DNA of 64,000 bases from Utricularia gibba (Eukaryota; Plantae; Magnoliophyta). Within the stretch, counting starts at the first letter, position 1; every line of letters begins with the position of its first letter. Below the pieces are notes generated by a model, which was not told the origin of the DNA, ran no database searches, and saw nothing but the letters and a program-made list of their open reading frames with translations. Below are positions 1-14,699 of this stretch, in pieces. The position numbers and the translations under genes were made by a program. The stretch lies in assembly GCA_002189035.1 (NCBI GenBank), contig NEEC01000013.1, positions 186,001 to 250,000 of the forward strand, read 5' to 3'.

Positions 1-25
1 GTGGAATAACTTGATTGATACTCAG

Positions 26-449
26 GATGATATGACGATTGCCAAGGAAGAAATCTTCGGCCCAGTGATGTCTATATTGAAGTTCAAGTATGTCGATGAT
101 AGATGATTCACAGTGCTTTTAAACAACAATATCTCTGTAGCATCATGCGTTGCATTGTCGCCTTGACGTATGCAGGACGACAGAGGAAGTGATCAAGAGG
201 GCAAACAGTACAAAGTATGGGCTGGCAGCGGGAGTGATGACGAACGACCTGAACATCGCGAACACGGTGTCCCGGTCGATACGCGCAGGGACGGTGTGGA
301 TCAATTGCTACTTCGCGTTCGATAATGAGCTCCCCTTAGGAGGCTACAAAATGAGTGGGTTTGGGAGGGACCTCGGAATGGAATCCCTCAATGCCTATCT
401 CCAGACCAAGTCGGTTGCTACTCCTATATATGACTCGCCCTGGCTCTGA
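26..449 (+). CDS. ALDH2C4: Cytosolic aldehyde dehydrogenase family 2C, last two exons (26-87, 176-449); 5' part lies outside the window
   Basis: [20 protein letters not shown]|[20 protein letters not shown]...WINCY...[11 protein letters not shown]...[11 protein letters not shown] acceptor at 25, GT-AG intron 88-175. The C-terminal PIYxSPWL fits the plant ALDH2C/REF1 clade. Confidence 0.85.
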
Positions 450-2012
450 ATCCGCTTCACTGGTGAAATAATATCAGTGTGTGCGTACGTCAGTAACTCC
501 TTTTTTCGAGTGTTCCATGAAATAATGATAATAAAAATACTTTTAATGATGGCAACTGTTGCATTTAAATCCTTGGAAAAGCGACTTACTTTATACCTTG
601 CTGAACTTTATTTAAAAAAAATGGAAAAAGTTAGCACGCAATTAGAGTTCGGACCGGCGAGTTCCCTTTCCAATTCAAAATTTTAATTTTTTTATTCTAC
701 GGACCGTCAAACAATGATTTTTCAACAACTATAAAAAAATTCTATAGTGGTTGGAATACAACGCCTAACTTTTTTTTTTAAAAAAAGTTAAAAAATAGCC
801 AGCGGATTCCAATGGCAATTTCATTAGATTAGTAAAACAATTTTTATTTTTTTAAAAAATTTATAAATACTCTATAGATCTCATACAATTTTTTTTTTAC
901 TTTATTCTGAAAAAATCTTTTATTTTCTTCATAGATTTTCTTATTTTCTATACAACATTTATCTTCATTTTTATATTCATCATAATTACGTCAACATTAG
1001 CATTTGAAATTTCAATTTCACCTTCAATTTATGATTTTTGATCTAGAGATATTAGCAGAATTTGGATTGTTATGGTGAATAGTAACTTCTTTTCATTACA
1101 TTATCTACTAGTATCCTACTTTTATTTTTTATGAAATGAAAGTATCTTTTTCAAAATTCTTCTCATGATTTTCAAATGGATTTCACTATTACTTCTCTTT
1201 TAAAAAAATAAAGAAGATTTTACTTTCCATGAAAAACTTCAAAGTCTTCAAGGTTTTAGTCCATTCCATTATCCCGTAATGATAAAGTTTCTAGTTCTTA
1301 AGAAGTTGATTCTTCTTTATCTTTGAGTCATTTATACTATAAAAAATTAAATAATAAACAACAATTTCAATGTTAGTATAAAAAATAAAATTTCAGTTCT
1401 GAATAGATGTAAATCCTAGTACACATAAATTATAAGTTTGTAGTTATTTTAAGGTTGAATACAAGAAATTAGTGTTTATGGTGTAAATGTTTATGCATTC
1501 TTGACATCAAATACAATTTTAAGTTTTAGTTAAAACTAACAAGAACTCAATATAACTGCGAAAATAAAATAATGAGACAGTAAAGTTTTAATTTTCACTT
1601 ATCAAGCACAAAAATGTGATGTCATAGGGTGTTGAGGGTTGTATACTCAATCTTTGCTTCTAGACCTTCCAACATTCTAAGTAACTTGAGATAAAATAAG
1701 TCAACTCTAACAATCTCTTTGATTTTTCGATTTCAACTTCTCTAAGTGTCTAATGAAGTAGTTGGGTTGGTGAACCAACCCAATCAGACAGCCCAATTAT
1801 TGAGGACTTCAGATAAAAGGAGTGAACATGGTCGAAAAAAAGCAATTTTTTTTGGATTTTGGAAGAATAGCAGCATAGCAGTTGGTTCTTCAATGGGAGG
1901 CGATGTATAAGTATTCTGATTATTGTAGTAGATGTTGGTATTCTGTGTTGTTTTATATATTGTTGTATCAAAGAATTCAAGTGCTAGACAAATTTGACAT
2001 TCCTTCTCTTTT

Positions 2013-3421
2013 TGATAACACACAAATTTTCATGTTTTAGTATATGAAAAATCATAAATTTTTAATTATATTTAACTGTTTATTTTATATTTTTAAGTGT
2101 TTTTATTAATTTAAGAGAATGTAATTTTTGGAGTGATTAGTGGGCTAAATCAAGATTTAGCCCCCTCCCCTATATCTAACTCGATTTTGGAGTTTAGCAG
2201 CAACCCAAGAATTAAGAAAAAATCTGAATTTTGTGCAAGTCACCAGGGTGCAAGGGGTAATGAATAGGCTGTCACGGCGGTAGTTTGCAAGTCAGGGCCT
2301 GAAGAAAAAGATCTGTCAAAGAATGTACTTGACTTGGGCATTGGGAGGCGAGAGAAAAGATGAGGAGAGAGAGTCACAATAAGGGAGTTCACCCCAAAAT
2401 TTTCAGAGAGCACACCCGAGGGGTTTCTCCCCCAACCCAACTCGAACACGAAGGATACGAAAAAAGGAGGAAGGAAAGGAATTTTTCTGGAGAAGAACCT
2501 CCAGCTTGAAGGAAGAAGATCAAGACTCAGTTCAGCGCTACTGTTCCGGTCTAGGAACAGTAATAAACGGAAACCAGACTGTTTACTGCTTTATTTTAGC
2601 TTGTTGATGTTTTTAGTTTCTGCACCAAACTTCTGCACGATGTTCTCTATATATTCGTTGTTTTATGTTAATGCCATCACTTTTTACTTTCAAAGCATGA
2701 GTAACTAAACCCTAAGAGTGCCTTAAGGTGAAGCATGGTGGTGTGGGTCTAAGAGTCTTAATAAAATCGATCATTATTTCTTAACTCTTGTTTCTATCAA
2801 ACCATGGGTAGACCTAAGGAGGGGAACAAGTAGCTTCATAGGTTAGATACTTGATTTAGAGGTAGACCAATAAATCAAGACGGGAGCAGTAGGTGTAAGT
2901 CTGGGGTAGAACCAATAGAATCGGGTAGACCTAGTTCTATATGCTTTGCATGCGGGTAGACCTAATTGCAATGTGGGTTATGACATTGAGGACTAGCTTA
3001 AGCCAAAAATATGATGAATGGCCTAGGTAGACTTAGGTTATTTGAAGTTGTGAGTATAGGAACATGGTAGATTACATTAGGAATTTTGGCACCACACCAC
3101 GTGTAGATCCTTAAGGCACGTTAATTTTATTCTGAGTTAGAACCAGTACCTATTACCTTAGCGTTAAGACCTGATATTGTTTACTGATCCTGTTTTCCGA
3201 ACTTGTTTACCACTGTTGATCCGAGCTTAGACTAAGATTTCCTGTTATCCCGAATTATGCATTTACTAAAACACTTGACAAGCACCATCTCCTTGTGATC
3301 GACCCCGACATCCACTATAGAAGTTTTCTAAATTTGTATTTTGTGTAGACTAGGGCTTATAAATTTATTTGATACGGATTTCTATTTTTATTGCAACGAT
3401 ATTAGGAATTTCTGTTTATCA
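2013..3421 (+). mobile_element. Solo LTR (family A copy 1; Ty3/gypsy, Athila-like TGATA...TATCA termini) with 5-bp TSD
   Basis: Starts TGATAACAC, ends TTTATCA. CTTTT on both sides (2008-2012, 3422-3426). Clearly similar to 36600-37663 and 49717-51086. Confidence 0.9.
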
Positions 3422-3688
3422 CTTTTCAAACTATATCATTTGAGGCTAGAAAAAGGGCAGATGTCAATATGTGGCCACTTTTGATAACAATGCTTTAAAG
3501 CCCTTGGAAATAGGGTTGAGCAGATCATTTTAGGAATAGAAATACTAGTGGTATAGTAGAATCATTAGTGCCCAATACTTACAAGGTCTCAATTGAGGGT
3601 AGAACCAGATTCACTAGACTCACTTGAGCTAACTCAATTGATGTGAGTAGAAAATGAGTTGTGTACTCAAGCTTGATGATTAATGACA

Positions 3689-4500
3689 TAGACCGGCATT
3701 GTGAGTTTAGGTTAAAAAATGAAATTCCAGAGTTTCATGGAAGTTTTCCAACATAAGAATTTATGGATTGATTAGCCATAGTATAAAAGACCAAGTTTAA
3801 GAGTGTTCTAGAGGATTAGTAGCTCTTGTTGCTACTAGATTTCATGGACATGCTTGGTAACAAATACAATTTCCATAACTCATATGAGCAAACAAAATCC
3901 TAGTCTTGGGATAAGCATAAGAAGCACTTGAGGGCTACCTTTCTATCATACAATTATTAATAAATCCTAATTTAACAATAATTATGTTTGAAGCATGGGT
4001 CTGAATCCATAGAATAACATACCAAAGACTTTTATTAATTGCTAGTTTAGAATTGGTACCCCTCCAAGAAATTGAGGAACAACTTCTAGAATGTTATATG
4101 GCAAGCTTGAAACTTTTGCTGCAAAATGTTTTGAACATGCTGAGTCCTTTAATCATAGTACAAGCATACTAGAGAGCTATGATAGTGGATAAACAAGCTT
4201 TAGGAGGGTAGTTATACAATTATGGTCCATCTATAGGGATGTAGATTCTTGGTAAGGAAATTGTAATTTCTTTATGTATCAAATTCATAGGAGAGTCAAG
4301 CAATCATAAACTGATGGTAAATGTAAAATTTTATGCTTGTGAAGAGTTTTTTCATTAATGGTACTTGAAATTTTTATGTAGCGTAAGGGAGGTAAAGACA
4401 CGAAATGAGAATCCAAACCATGACACTCTTGAGGAAAATCGGAAGAGCTGGTGCAAACTATCCATATTGGCAACCTAATTAAAGGGAAGGGTATTGCTAA
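3689..4500 (+). pseudogene. Degenerate Ty3/gypsy gag remnant
   Basis: Translates with stops as RLKNEIPEFHGS..EFMD*LAIV..., VATRFHGHA, SWDKHKKHLRATFLSYNY, EEQLLECY, which resembles retrotransposon gag motifs. Confidence 0.6.
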
Positions 4501-6911
4501 TATCAACTATAGTAAATGAATTATTACAAAAACTTAAATTGGCTACTATGTGAAATAGGAGCAAAAGAATAGATCTTTGGATGGTAAATCAGCTCACAAG
4601 GACAAATTGGATTCACATAACTGATAAATTATATTGATTTTGATATAATTTATTGGCATATTTTACAAATTACTATAAATTAAGATATTTTATAAATGAA
4701 CATAGTAAATCACATAGCATATTTAATGCAATACGAATATTAATATTATTAAATATATTATTTTCTAATATCAAAACATATAAAATTAAAAATTATTAAA
4801 AATTTTATTGCTAGACACCACCAATGATTCGTATGAATGTCTAGAAAATGTATTCAAACAGTAACTAGTTGGTTCCGATTCTAGTTTCTGTTCGGTTCAA
4901 GGTTTCGAAATCCAATTTTGAACTTAGACCGAAACCTTGGTCCATGGCGAACCATGGTTTTGGTACTGACGATTCGGTGGAACTGTGCGATTCCGAACCG
5001 AAACTAAATGGCTTAAAACTGGTTGCACCTCTAGGTCTTTCTCTAAAATGGAAGAATATATCACTCCTAATACGATATGTTGTCTGGAAAATACGATGAA
5101 AAAAAGCAAGATCTTATTTTATTACCGATTCTTTTATAGGTATATATAAAGAAAAAAAAAGAAGGAAAGTACTCTAAGAAGACAGCAACCTCCTGAAGTT
5201 ACTACAATTATTGTGAATGTTATTCCATTCTTCACCACATTCAGTGCAAGTTCTTCTATGAGATGCAAACAACCTCGTTTTTTCCTATTTTTCTAGTTTC
5301 CACAGAATTTTACCTCTTAGCCACTTAATGTTATGAAAAATGCTATAAAGGCACGAAATAAACTCTTATTCCTTGTAACATTTGATGTGTAAGTCTTTGT
5401 TGTTATTGAAGTATTTGTGAGCATGGACTGTTCAAGTGCAAGGTCATTAGAATAACGTGTGGCAGCACACTCTTTTTTAAAGATGGAGAAGCAGTAGAGT
5501 GACAACCACATGGTTGGTTGAAGGATTGCACTCTTGTTACTCATGCTTCAGGAGTTGTTACTCATAATAGTTACCTTGAAACTCAAGCAACCATCTTCTT
5601 CCAAAACATGAACGTTGTGATGTAGTTGTTCTCAGGTCTCTCAAAGAAGTATTTGAGACTTGATACAACTCATTTGAGAGGAACCTTAGCCAGAAAGAGT
5701 CGCCACATGCAAGTGAGGTCTAGATCTTTGGGGACCTCCCCCCTATAATACATGAGGAGAGCTAGGATCCCATCTATCACCCATAAGGCAATGGGATAAG
5801 CTTGAGGGCTTAATCCCATGGGCACAAACTAGTTCTCTATTCCCCAATGGTTATGCACCTGCTTACAAGTATGATAAATAAAAAATGTTATGATGTTTAG
5901 AAATATTGGACTTTTTATATTAAATTAATTTATAAAACCTAATTCTTAATAAGTATAACCATGAACACAATTTACAAAAAACACATGATAGAATTGATCA
6001 AATCAAAATGTGAAAAAGATAATGGTGACATCTCAAGGTTCGAGGGATGAAATACTCAACACTACTTTTGTTCCAACCAAATATAAATCTTGTTTATCTT
6101 ATAAGAGATTTAAATCTACCTAATTCTTCTTTTATTCTTAATTTTTGAGCCCAAAGCAGAGGTGATGGATAAATGACTCCATTCTACTAGTGGTACAACT
6201 CTTGGGCAACCCTCACTTGACAACATCTCTTCTTCAAGCTTATACTCTTGCTTCTTATTGGCTGTTAGAGACCACTTAAATCTGTATTCAAGGAGATTCT
6301 GAAGATATTATATTGTGCATAGCAATGAACAACAAAAAAGGAAAACTACATTCCACATAAATGTAGAATAACAAGAGAATGTGTACATTATCAAAAATTG
6401 AATGCAACTAACAAGAAAAATTATTATCTCTTTCTTTAATAGAATAGATGCTTGTGAAACTACCAAAAAATATTCACTATTTTTGCTTTGATGGATATCT
6501 CAATTTTCATCAAATCCTCATGGTTAACCATGAAAACGTAGTTTTTGTGTGTACCCACCCTCGGGTATCATGCCCCCCGTACATGTGCAACGCAACCCTG
6601 CCCGATTACCACATCCCGTACGGGGTCAGGGTGATCTTATTTTAAATCATTATTATTCTTCCAAATAATTATTTCCCCGACAATCTTCTTCTCCATTTAT
6701 TCAAATAAATTGATATTCGATATGCATTTTGAAAAAGATGTGTATCTTCACACATGATTTATTTAAAAATATATGATTGCTTAACACATTTTTATCCTCA
6801 TTTTTATTTATCAAACAAAACATGATATTCAAAATATTAATTATTTAAACATAGTTTTTTATTTAATATTCTTATTAAAAAATTTTGTAATACTACATAG
6901 ATTACAGTAAT

Positions 6912-7532
6912 TGTGATCAAGATTGGAATCCCTCAACAGAGTTGTCCTTTTGGACCGAACATATTTAGATAGAACATATATAAATATCAAGTACACAAAC
7001 AATATGAATTTGATGAAGTTTGAAATCGGACAAGTTAATCGATTATTGAAAAAGGAACTAAAAGGTGACCTGACAAGTTGGTGGAAGTCGACAGATCGAT
7101 ATGTGTCAAGGTTTGAAAATGACGGTCGTTTTGGACAATCTAAAAAATAGCCAAATTACAACGATGTCAGGACAATCGACGGTTATCTAATATCAAGACC
7201 ACAGTATAGATGTCAGGCGCAAAAAGTAGCCGACATCTACATAATTCAGAATTCGGTCAGACTAACTTCTTCTATAAATACAACCTGAAGAAGAAAAGGT
7301 AAACGTTCAAGCCTTCTCACTTACATCTTTTCTCTACCTTCGTCTAGTGAAACCATTTTTTGGTGAGCTCCGACAGCTCTATGATTTTCATGTTTGCCGA
7401 CGGTTTCCACATTAAATTTCTATCAAACGCATAATATCACGCGAAACGTTGATATCTTGATCAGATCCGATGTGTTGGCTATACTCGTGATCCAAAAATC
7501 GATCTTCACCTTAGTGTCGTTTTTCGACCACA
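6912..7532 (+). mobile_element. Solo-LTR-like sequence related to the Tat/Retand LTR at 23511
   Basis: TGTGATCAA...TCGACCACA imperfect inverted ends, TATA box near 7273. 7350-7415 (GGTGAGCTCCGACAGCTC...CGGTTTCCAC) resembles 23863-23912. No matching TSD found. Confidence 0.55.
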
Positions 7533-8413
7533 ATAGAATAATATGAGAAAAAATTAAATTCAACATATTACTAATAATATTTAATTTTATATGTATTTAA
7601 TTATTTCAATTTCAAATCTCAATGCAAAATTATTTGTTCTAGTACCCACCCTTAGGTTGAACTGATCTTTAATTCGATTAAGATTTTTTTTAATTTTGTG
7701 TGCGATTATAGATAATGCTTAAATTATAAATCGATCTATTTTTTATCCTCTACGTCTAATATATTTCCTTCCTTTTTGTTAACCAAAACTCAAACTAATT
7801 TGAACCCATTTCGACCATTCAAACCATGGCACAAGTCAAACTTTCTGATGCCATGTTTAAATTAAAGATACTATGTGATGAAAGAATTGCACATAAAGTT
7901 CAAATACAAAAAAAAAAAAAAATATGAATCACATTCACAAAGATTGTACACAACTAATTTTTCCAAGCTCCTATGTGCGTACCAATGGGGAAGATGCATC
8001 ACAAAATGTTGATGACGAGATGTGAACTTTCCTTGAAGGGCTATGGTTCTCTCATGATGTTCCAAGGTATGTTAATGATAACTGAATAGGAAAGCCCCCC
8101 ATATGTGAGGGACTTGTCTAATGATTTCTAAAAGACAAATATGTGATTGTTAGAATTAAATTGGTGATATATCCATTTAATCGTATGAAATATTTTCCAA
8201 TGAATAGTGATCCACGAGATCAATTCCGAGACACTCATAATGATTTCTAAGAGTGTCAGGACCACCAAAAGAGCTAGCAGATCAAGGGCGAAGGCCCTTA
8301 GAGCAATTGACGATTACATATCAATAGGATCACAAGCAAGATCCTACCAAATGTAGAAAATAGATGATCTCATTCACAATCGGTTGGCTAGGGCTCCTCT
8401 AAAAATAGGAGCC

Positions 8414-9970
8414 CGTGACCACCCAGTTCTAGCCGAAAACTGGAACTCAGGGTGATACATTAACATTAAAATATGTAATTACATATGTAAACTAGATATA
8501 AGACTTTTTTCAAATACTTTTATCTAGTTCATGAATTCATAATGAAATAGATTCAAAACGAAAAGTATATTATACATACATATATCATACTCATATAAAT
8601 ATTGTAAATAGGCTACCCTACTATATACACATATCCACAGGACTTTAGAAAGCATGGTTGATCACTGGACCTTTGTTAGCTACCTTCATTTTCTAAATAA
8701 ATAAAAGAGTGGTCATGCTTTTGAGTTTTAAAACAAGTCAGATCAAGAAATAATATAACACATTGTGAGTCCCCATAACTATCATTTCTCACTTTTCATG
8801 GGCATATACAACATATCATATCATATCTTGCATAATTTTCATACTTTTTGGCCTTCCACTTATACATGGTGTCTCACATATTAGCCGTAGTGACCTTGGT
8901 ACAACCACGTTGCTGAAGATATGCGTCCATATCTCCTCTATTCTGTCCTAACTTGTTTATTATATAATACATAGAGATACATATTGTAATATCATCTTAA
9001 AGATAACAGGGATGGCTATTAATAAAAAGAATAATATTTTTGGGACTCAAAAATAGCTTTTTTAAAAAATAACATGAAATAACCTACTCCCTGTTAGAAT
9101 TTTCATGCAATGTAAAAGGTTTATGAGCATTGATGCAATCACATCTAAAGTAATGAAAATTAAACACCAACATCACATAGGCACATAAGTTTCTATAAAT
9201 CAATTTCAAAGATAAGTAAAGATTCAAAAGCAATCATGCCACTTACATTAATACCTTAGACTCTAAACCAACTCTAAAACTTTGTTCACCGAAGGTACTA
9301 TAACCTTTTGTTCCAACTTCTCCTTCTTGCCTTTGTAAAACTCAAAAATAATTGAAAGAACCTTACATTCCATCATATATATATTCTCATCTACATCTCA
9401 TACTTATTTTGCATGCAACATGTGGCACACATGCATGACTTACAAGTGGCACACATGCAACAGTAGAGATGGCACACATGCAAGAGTACATGTGGTGCAC
9501 ATGTAAGAGGACATGTGGCACACATGCAACAAGAGAGATGGCATACATACAAGATGACATGTGGCATGCACACAATGCTGGTCACTTGAATACGTTTGAT
9601 TGAATAGGCTAGTATGAAGTAGAATAAGTTAAAAATAAAGAGCAAAGTCCTTAAAGCTTAAATTCTCACAATCACCTCACCTTAATTCGAGTTTAGTCAC
9701 GAAACTCGATTAAAGTATCTATACCAACTGTGGAAACTCCACAAGTATTTGAGATTCAATCTTCTAGGTAACCTCTTATGTATTGTGATTAGACCATTGA
9801 ACCTTCACCATAGGAATCATCTTAGTCCTCGATTTCCTTTCTTGTCTATCAAGTATCTTGATTGGTGTTTTTATGAAGGATAGTTGAGGAAACAATACAC
9901 AACAATATGCTTGAATGATTACTTGTCTCAGAGATTTCAGGGGGCGGATTTCTATAAAAAAAACTCGCAA
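8414..9970 (-). mobile_element. Tekay/Del chromovirus 3' end: integrase C-terminus/chromodomain (9970-9740), PPT, 3' LTR (about 9670-8414)
   Basis: PIKILDRQERKSRTKMIPMVKVQWSNHNT*EVT matches the Tekay chromodomain. Purine tract AAGGTGAGGTGAT is followed by TGTGAG; the LTR ends ...GGGTGGTCACG. Confidence 0.6.
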
Positions 9971-9974
9971 GAAC

Positions 9975-10740
9975 TTATAGAAAGAACAAGGAAGAAAACT
10001 TAGGAATGAAGTCTAAATCTAAAGATTACCTTTTGTTTCTTAAGGATATTACTCCTAGCTAAGAGTAGCATGTGACAATTTTAACTTTTTGTTTGAACTT
10101 CTTTACATCAATTCTTGTTTGTTTCTTGATTATCAACTATGATATACACATAACATGGATGATATTTTAGATTTTAGTCTTATTTACCTTTAGCATTAGT
10201 AGCTAAGCACTTAAATGTACCTTGGGGGCCTAAGGGGGTTATAGTGTGCAAATCATTCTTTTAATCCTGTGAGCCATACATCACACCACTTTCTTAATAA
10301 ACCAAAATATATCAAGAAGGGGAGGTAGTGATATTTATCTTAGTAGCCCTAATTAAAAGTAGATCAAAGATTAGAGAAAAACAAGAATTTGTGTAGGGCT
10401 AGACCTTTGCTTATTAGATGCACGATTTGTGGTTTGTGTGAGGTTATTTTAGTGATAAACATGCAATCCCTAGAAGTCCCAAGACATCACCTTTATTAGT
10501 TTTAGATAAATATATGCTTCTACCTGTTTATTGTTTTTTTGCATATTATCGTCAAATTGCCTTAATCTTAACTTAGACTAATCTTTTAATTGTGACATCC
10601 ACTAAATACATTGATTTTACATAACAAGTACCAACTTCTTGAGTTTGACTCTAATCACTATGTTCAAAATTGTATTATGCTTGAATATGTATTAGGTTTA
10701 TAAATTTTATTTGACAAAAGAATTTGCTTACTTACGACAT
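9975..10740 (+). mobile_element. Degenerate, truncated family A LTR (copy 2)
   Basis: Shares TAGCTAAGCACTTA, GGGGAGGTAGTGA and GGTTATAAATTT.ATTTGA blocks with 28642-29806. Confidence 0.65.
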
Positions 10741-11899
10741 AAAGAAGCAAAATCTATGAAGTGGGAAAAGAGAAACATGATGATTGATGATTCTAAATAA
10801 GAGGATGAAGATGAACTTGATATTTTTTCTAATTTTTTTAACATACCAATAGATGTGGAAAGGTGTATAAGAGATTTTGATCACAATAATGTATGACTAA
10901 GATAGTATTTTTTAATTTAAATGTACTATGAAAAACAAGATTTGCAAAGTAGATATCGATGAGGGCAGTTATGACAATATTGTTTCTAAGAAATCTGTTA
11001 CCAAATATTGATAGAAAACTTATCATTAATGGAAATTAGTGCTTCTCCAAATGCAACGTAATTTAGATGATTTGTAACAAAATTCTTACATCCCTTCATG
11101 TTTGTGATTTCTAGATCTAACTCTCAAAGTTAGAGGATCCATCTAGTAGATGAAGTTTAGAATCTTTTTTGTTGAGAAGATATTGCAATGCCATATGGTT
11201 AGAGTTAATTATGACTTTTGCTCCAAGTACAATGGCTAAAAGTTACTTCTCCACTTAGATGCCTAATGAATAAGATGTGGTGCCTTCTCCACTTTTTGCT
11301 CTAAAACCATATCTACAACTTCATTACTTCTTATCACATATTAATTTAAATAACAAATTCCAATTAAGAGCTTGAATAATTGGAGGTTAGACAAGGCTCT
11401 CTTTTATAGTATTAAATACTTTGCTACAATCCTCATAAAAAAGTGAACTTAACATCTTTTTGCAACAATGCATATAAGGAAAATGAAATTTTCAAAAAAA
11501 TCTTGAATGAATTCTCCGTAAAACCTAGCATGCCCAAGAAAGGAGCAGATATCTTTAATATAAATAGGATAAGTCAATTTTTAAATTATCTAGACCTTCA
11601 CCTTATCCACTTCGATTCCTCTCTAGGAGACTTAACATTCCAAGATAATAACTCACTTAATCATAAAATGTCACGTTTCATAGTTAAGTACATGGTTAGA
11701 TACGATGCATCTTTTCAAAATAAAACATAAATTCTCTAAATGTTCCTCAAAACAATAAAGTTATGAAAACTACAATAATGTTCATCACATACTATGAAAA
11801 GTATTAATCATTCATCTTTGGAAGCTAGTTTGTGCATTGGATAGCTCAAAAGCATTTTATGATAAGCAAAAATTTATGGAAGGGCTTACCCCCTTAATG

Positions 11900-13950
11900 T
11901 CACCAAATTTCCAGGTTGTGTATCTTGCATGACATGTAATTTTTCACATTTACATAATAATCTTCACAATTATTTCTTTTGTCAATCACAACCTACTACA
12001 CACGTCATGGCTCATTAATAAGGTCCTATTCTTCTATTAGAAATCATAAAAAATTTTCTTTTGAAAAACTTACTCTCTTTTGATTTTAGATAGTCATACA
12101 ATATTTTTAAACATCTATCCATGTACGTATCCCCATTTATGAACTACATCCAATTGGACTAGAGAAAAGAAGGATGAAATATGCAACAATAAGGAGATTC
12201 TTCTGTTTTAGACTCCTAATTGAGTGAGTCTAAATTATATTTTAATATGAAGCTATCATAGAAAATTACTAAAAAAATGCACTCAACATCCATCATGAAC
12301 ACTAAAGTTAACTCTATGTAATTTTTGTATGGTGTTCAACTTTTCATACAAATGCTTATAACTTTTTATGGTTTCAATTATTGATGCCCAATGGCTTATA
12401 AAGTGCCCCTCTATTATACAATCATTAAACTTGATATTATCATCAAATTCCACTCGATAATGACCTCAATTTGAGTGATTGGGAGTCATCTTATGATATG
12501 TCATCAGAGGATAACCTTGTTGAAGGGTAGATCTAACAATTGAATCAAAGTTGGAGGATGGGATCAAGAGTTGCATGCACAAGAATGGGAGGTGGATAAA
12601 GTAGAGGATGAAATATATGGAGTGCGATCAGGCATACTAGATTTTCATATTCAAAAAGAGATACAAGCTGATAAACAACTTCATTACTTGTGTCCCCTAA
12701 CTCGTGTGGCATTCAAAAACATTGCTCATGATGTCCCTCATGGTCAAGGTAACTAGTCTCCCAAAAAATGGATGAAGCTCAAAGGCATTTTGTGAGTTGT
12801 CTACTTTTTTTTTTTTGTAATTCTGATAATCCTATTAAGCCAGTTCTCTCAATGTATATTTTTTTAGGCCATATGTTCAAGAATTTCTTATATTCGACTT
12901 CACCCAATTCAACATTGTTATACAATTATTGATGTTTATGTACATATTACTATCATATTCCTTATATTACACAACATAGAGTTGATTACAAGGCATTTTC
13001 TTAATGTGTACACTTGTCATGTGTTATTTTTTTGGGTATGCATCTTCATTCTAGTAATCTTAAATCATCGTTGATTGTTACTAACCACTTCATTCTTGAT
13101 CATAGAGCACTTGATGACTACTCCACTAAACTTGTACAAGACTCTCATCTTCAAAGACTTGAGAAATAAGGGGTGGTTCCTACATTTGATGTCCATAAAA
13201 GTCTATTTATTATGAACACAAGTTGCATACTAATCTTCTTATTATGATGCTTTTTTTTCTCTTACAAGAGGGAAATTAGATGTTTCCATATGAGTGAAAC
13301 CTCTTGGAAATCAATGACAATTTCCTAAATGTTGTTTATTAATTTTAAGATTTCTTATTTAAAATGATCACCACATAAGATTTTCCATCCTATGTGAAGC
13401 ACCACCACCACATGTTGAGTTGTTCACCATTGTACAATGATGTGTTTTCAAGCAATTGAGGCTATGGATACAGCCCATTGGAATGGGAAAGCTGATTGTG
13501 GTTAGCGTAGAGTGCTACAACTGAGCTTGCTCACCTTCATATTTTTACTAATTTAGTTTATGGAAACATCAAAGCATCAAGCATTCTCCTTCAACAAGAC
13601 AATGCAATTGTCTCTAACTTCAACCTAAACTTATTGGTTGCTTATGAGTTAATTTTGGAGAACCTTATCAGACCTGTCATATCCTCTGATAGACAAAAAT
13701 TCCACTATCATTGTTAAAAATAACTTCTCGTATCAAATAAATTTTATAAATCCAATTCAAATAGTAGCATTTCCTTGCATAAAATGTATTATAGAATCCC
13801 CTAATTTTAACCCACAATTTCTCAATTACATAACTTCAAATCACTTAAGTCTATCCAGTTTATTTGCTACACTTTCAGCTATAATATTATCCAGTTTCAC
13901 AACTTATTTCACGCATAGGTCTATCGATTTGTGAAATAAGTAGAACTAGT
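11900..13950 (-). pseudogene. Highly degenerate Ty3/gypsy pol remnant (RT/RNase H/integrase)
   Basis: Broken integrase-like (MRDIMSNVFECHTS; LYEKLNT...DG) and RNase H-like motifs on the minus strand, with many stops. Boundaries approximate. Confidence 0.55.
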
Positions 13951-14699
13951 TCTACCCAATAATAACACTTAATATGTTTTTCCAAACTTATTGATCTACT
14001 TTCAAATTGAGTTTTTATGTTGTGTTACTTGTTGCTCTACCCCTTAGGTCTAGTTGAAATATAGTGAAACAAATAGTAATTGTGTAAAAATTATGATTAA
14101 AATCAAAGATTCAACATACACAACCTTGTATACCCTAAGACATTTCCTGAATCTAACCAAGCATAATGAAAAGCAGAATTATTACTTCAAATTGAAAAGA
14201 GAAGCATTTTCATAGTCACAAATTCAAAAGTAGAATAATAAACATAAAACGAACACAAGGCATAAAGAAATTAAAGTTCAGTTTTAAATTCTCCTTCAAC
14301 TACTACTTTTGACTCAAAACAACAACATAGAAGTAGGTTTGGTATTGGAGAGCTCCAGGTAGAAATCTCCTTTACAATCACCTTCCTCCTCCCTCTTCTT
14401 TTTCTCATCTCGTTCTTCTTGAAAAAAAAACTATCCTTCCACAATTATGAAAAACTCTTGGATGCATTCTACAACTTTGAACAAGTTCAAAAGACATGCA
14501 AAGTATAGGATGAAATTCAGACAGCCTTTCAAGAAAAATTCCGTATGCAGATTGAATAGAAAGGAGCATACTTAGTGTCTGTACTACAAGCAAAAGAACC
14601 ATCTTTACTCAAATTGCTTCAACCATCTGGATAAGACCTGTAACTCCTACAACGAGATGGGTTAAATTGAAAGGATGTGCAAAAAAAGATATGAAAAAA

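Noticed and set aside
150-175. ORF-track start MHCRLDVCR for ALDH
   Set aside because: It lies in intron 88-175; the true exon starts at 176.
5160-6350. Possible copia gag/LTR remnant
   Set aside because: Motifs are too decayed to assign by eye.
9387-9645. Cys/His-rich ORFs resembling metallothionein or zinc fingers
   Set aside because: They are translations of the CACATG repeat in an LTR.
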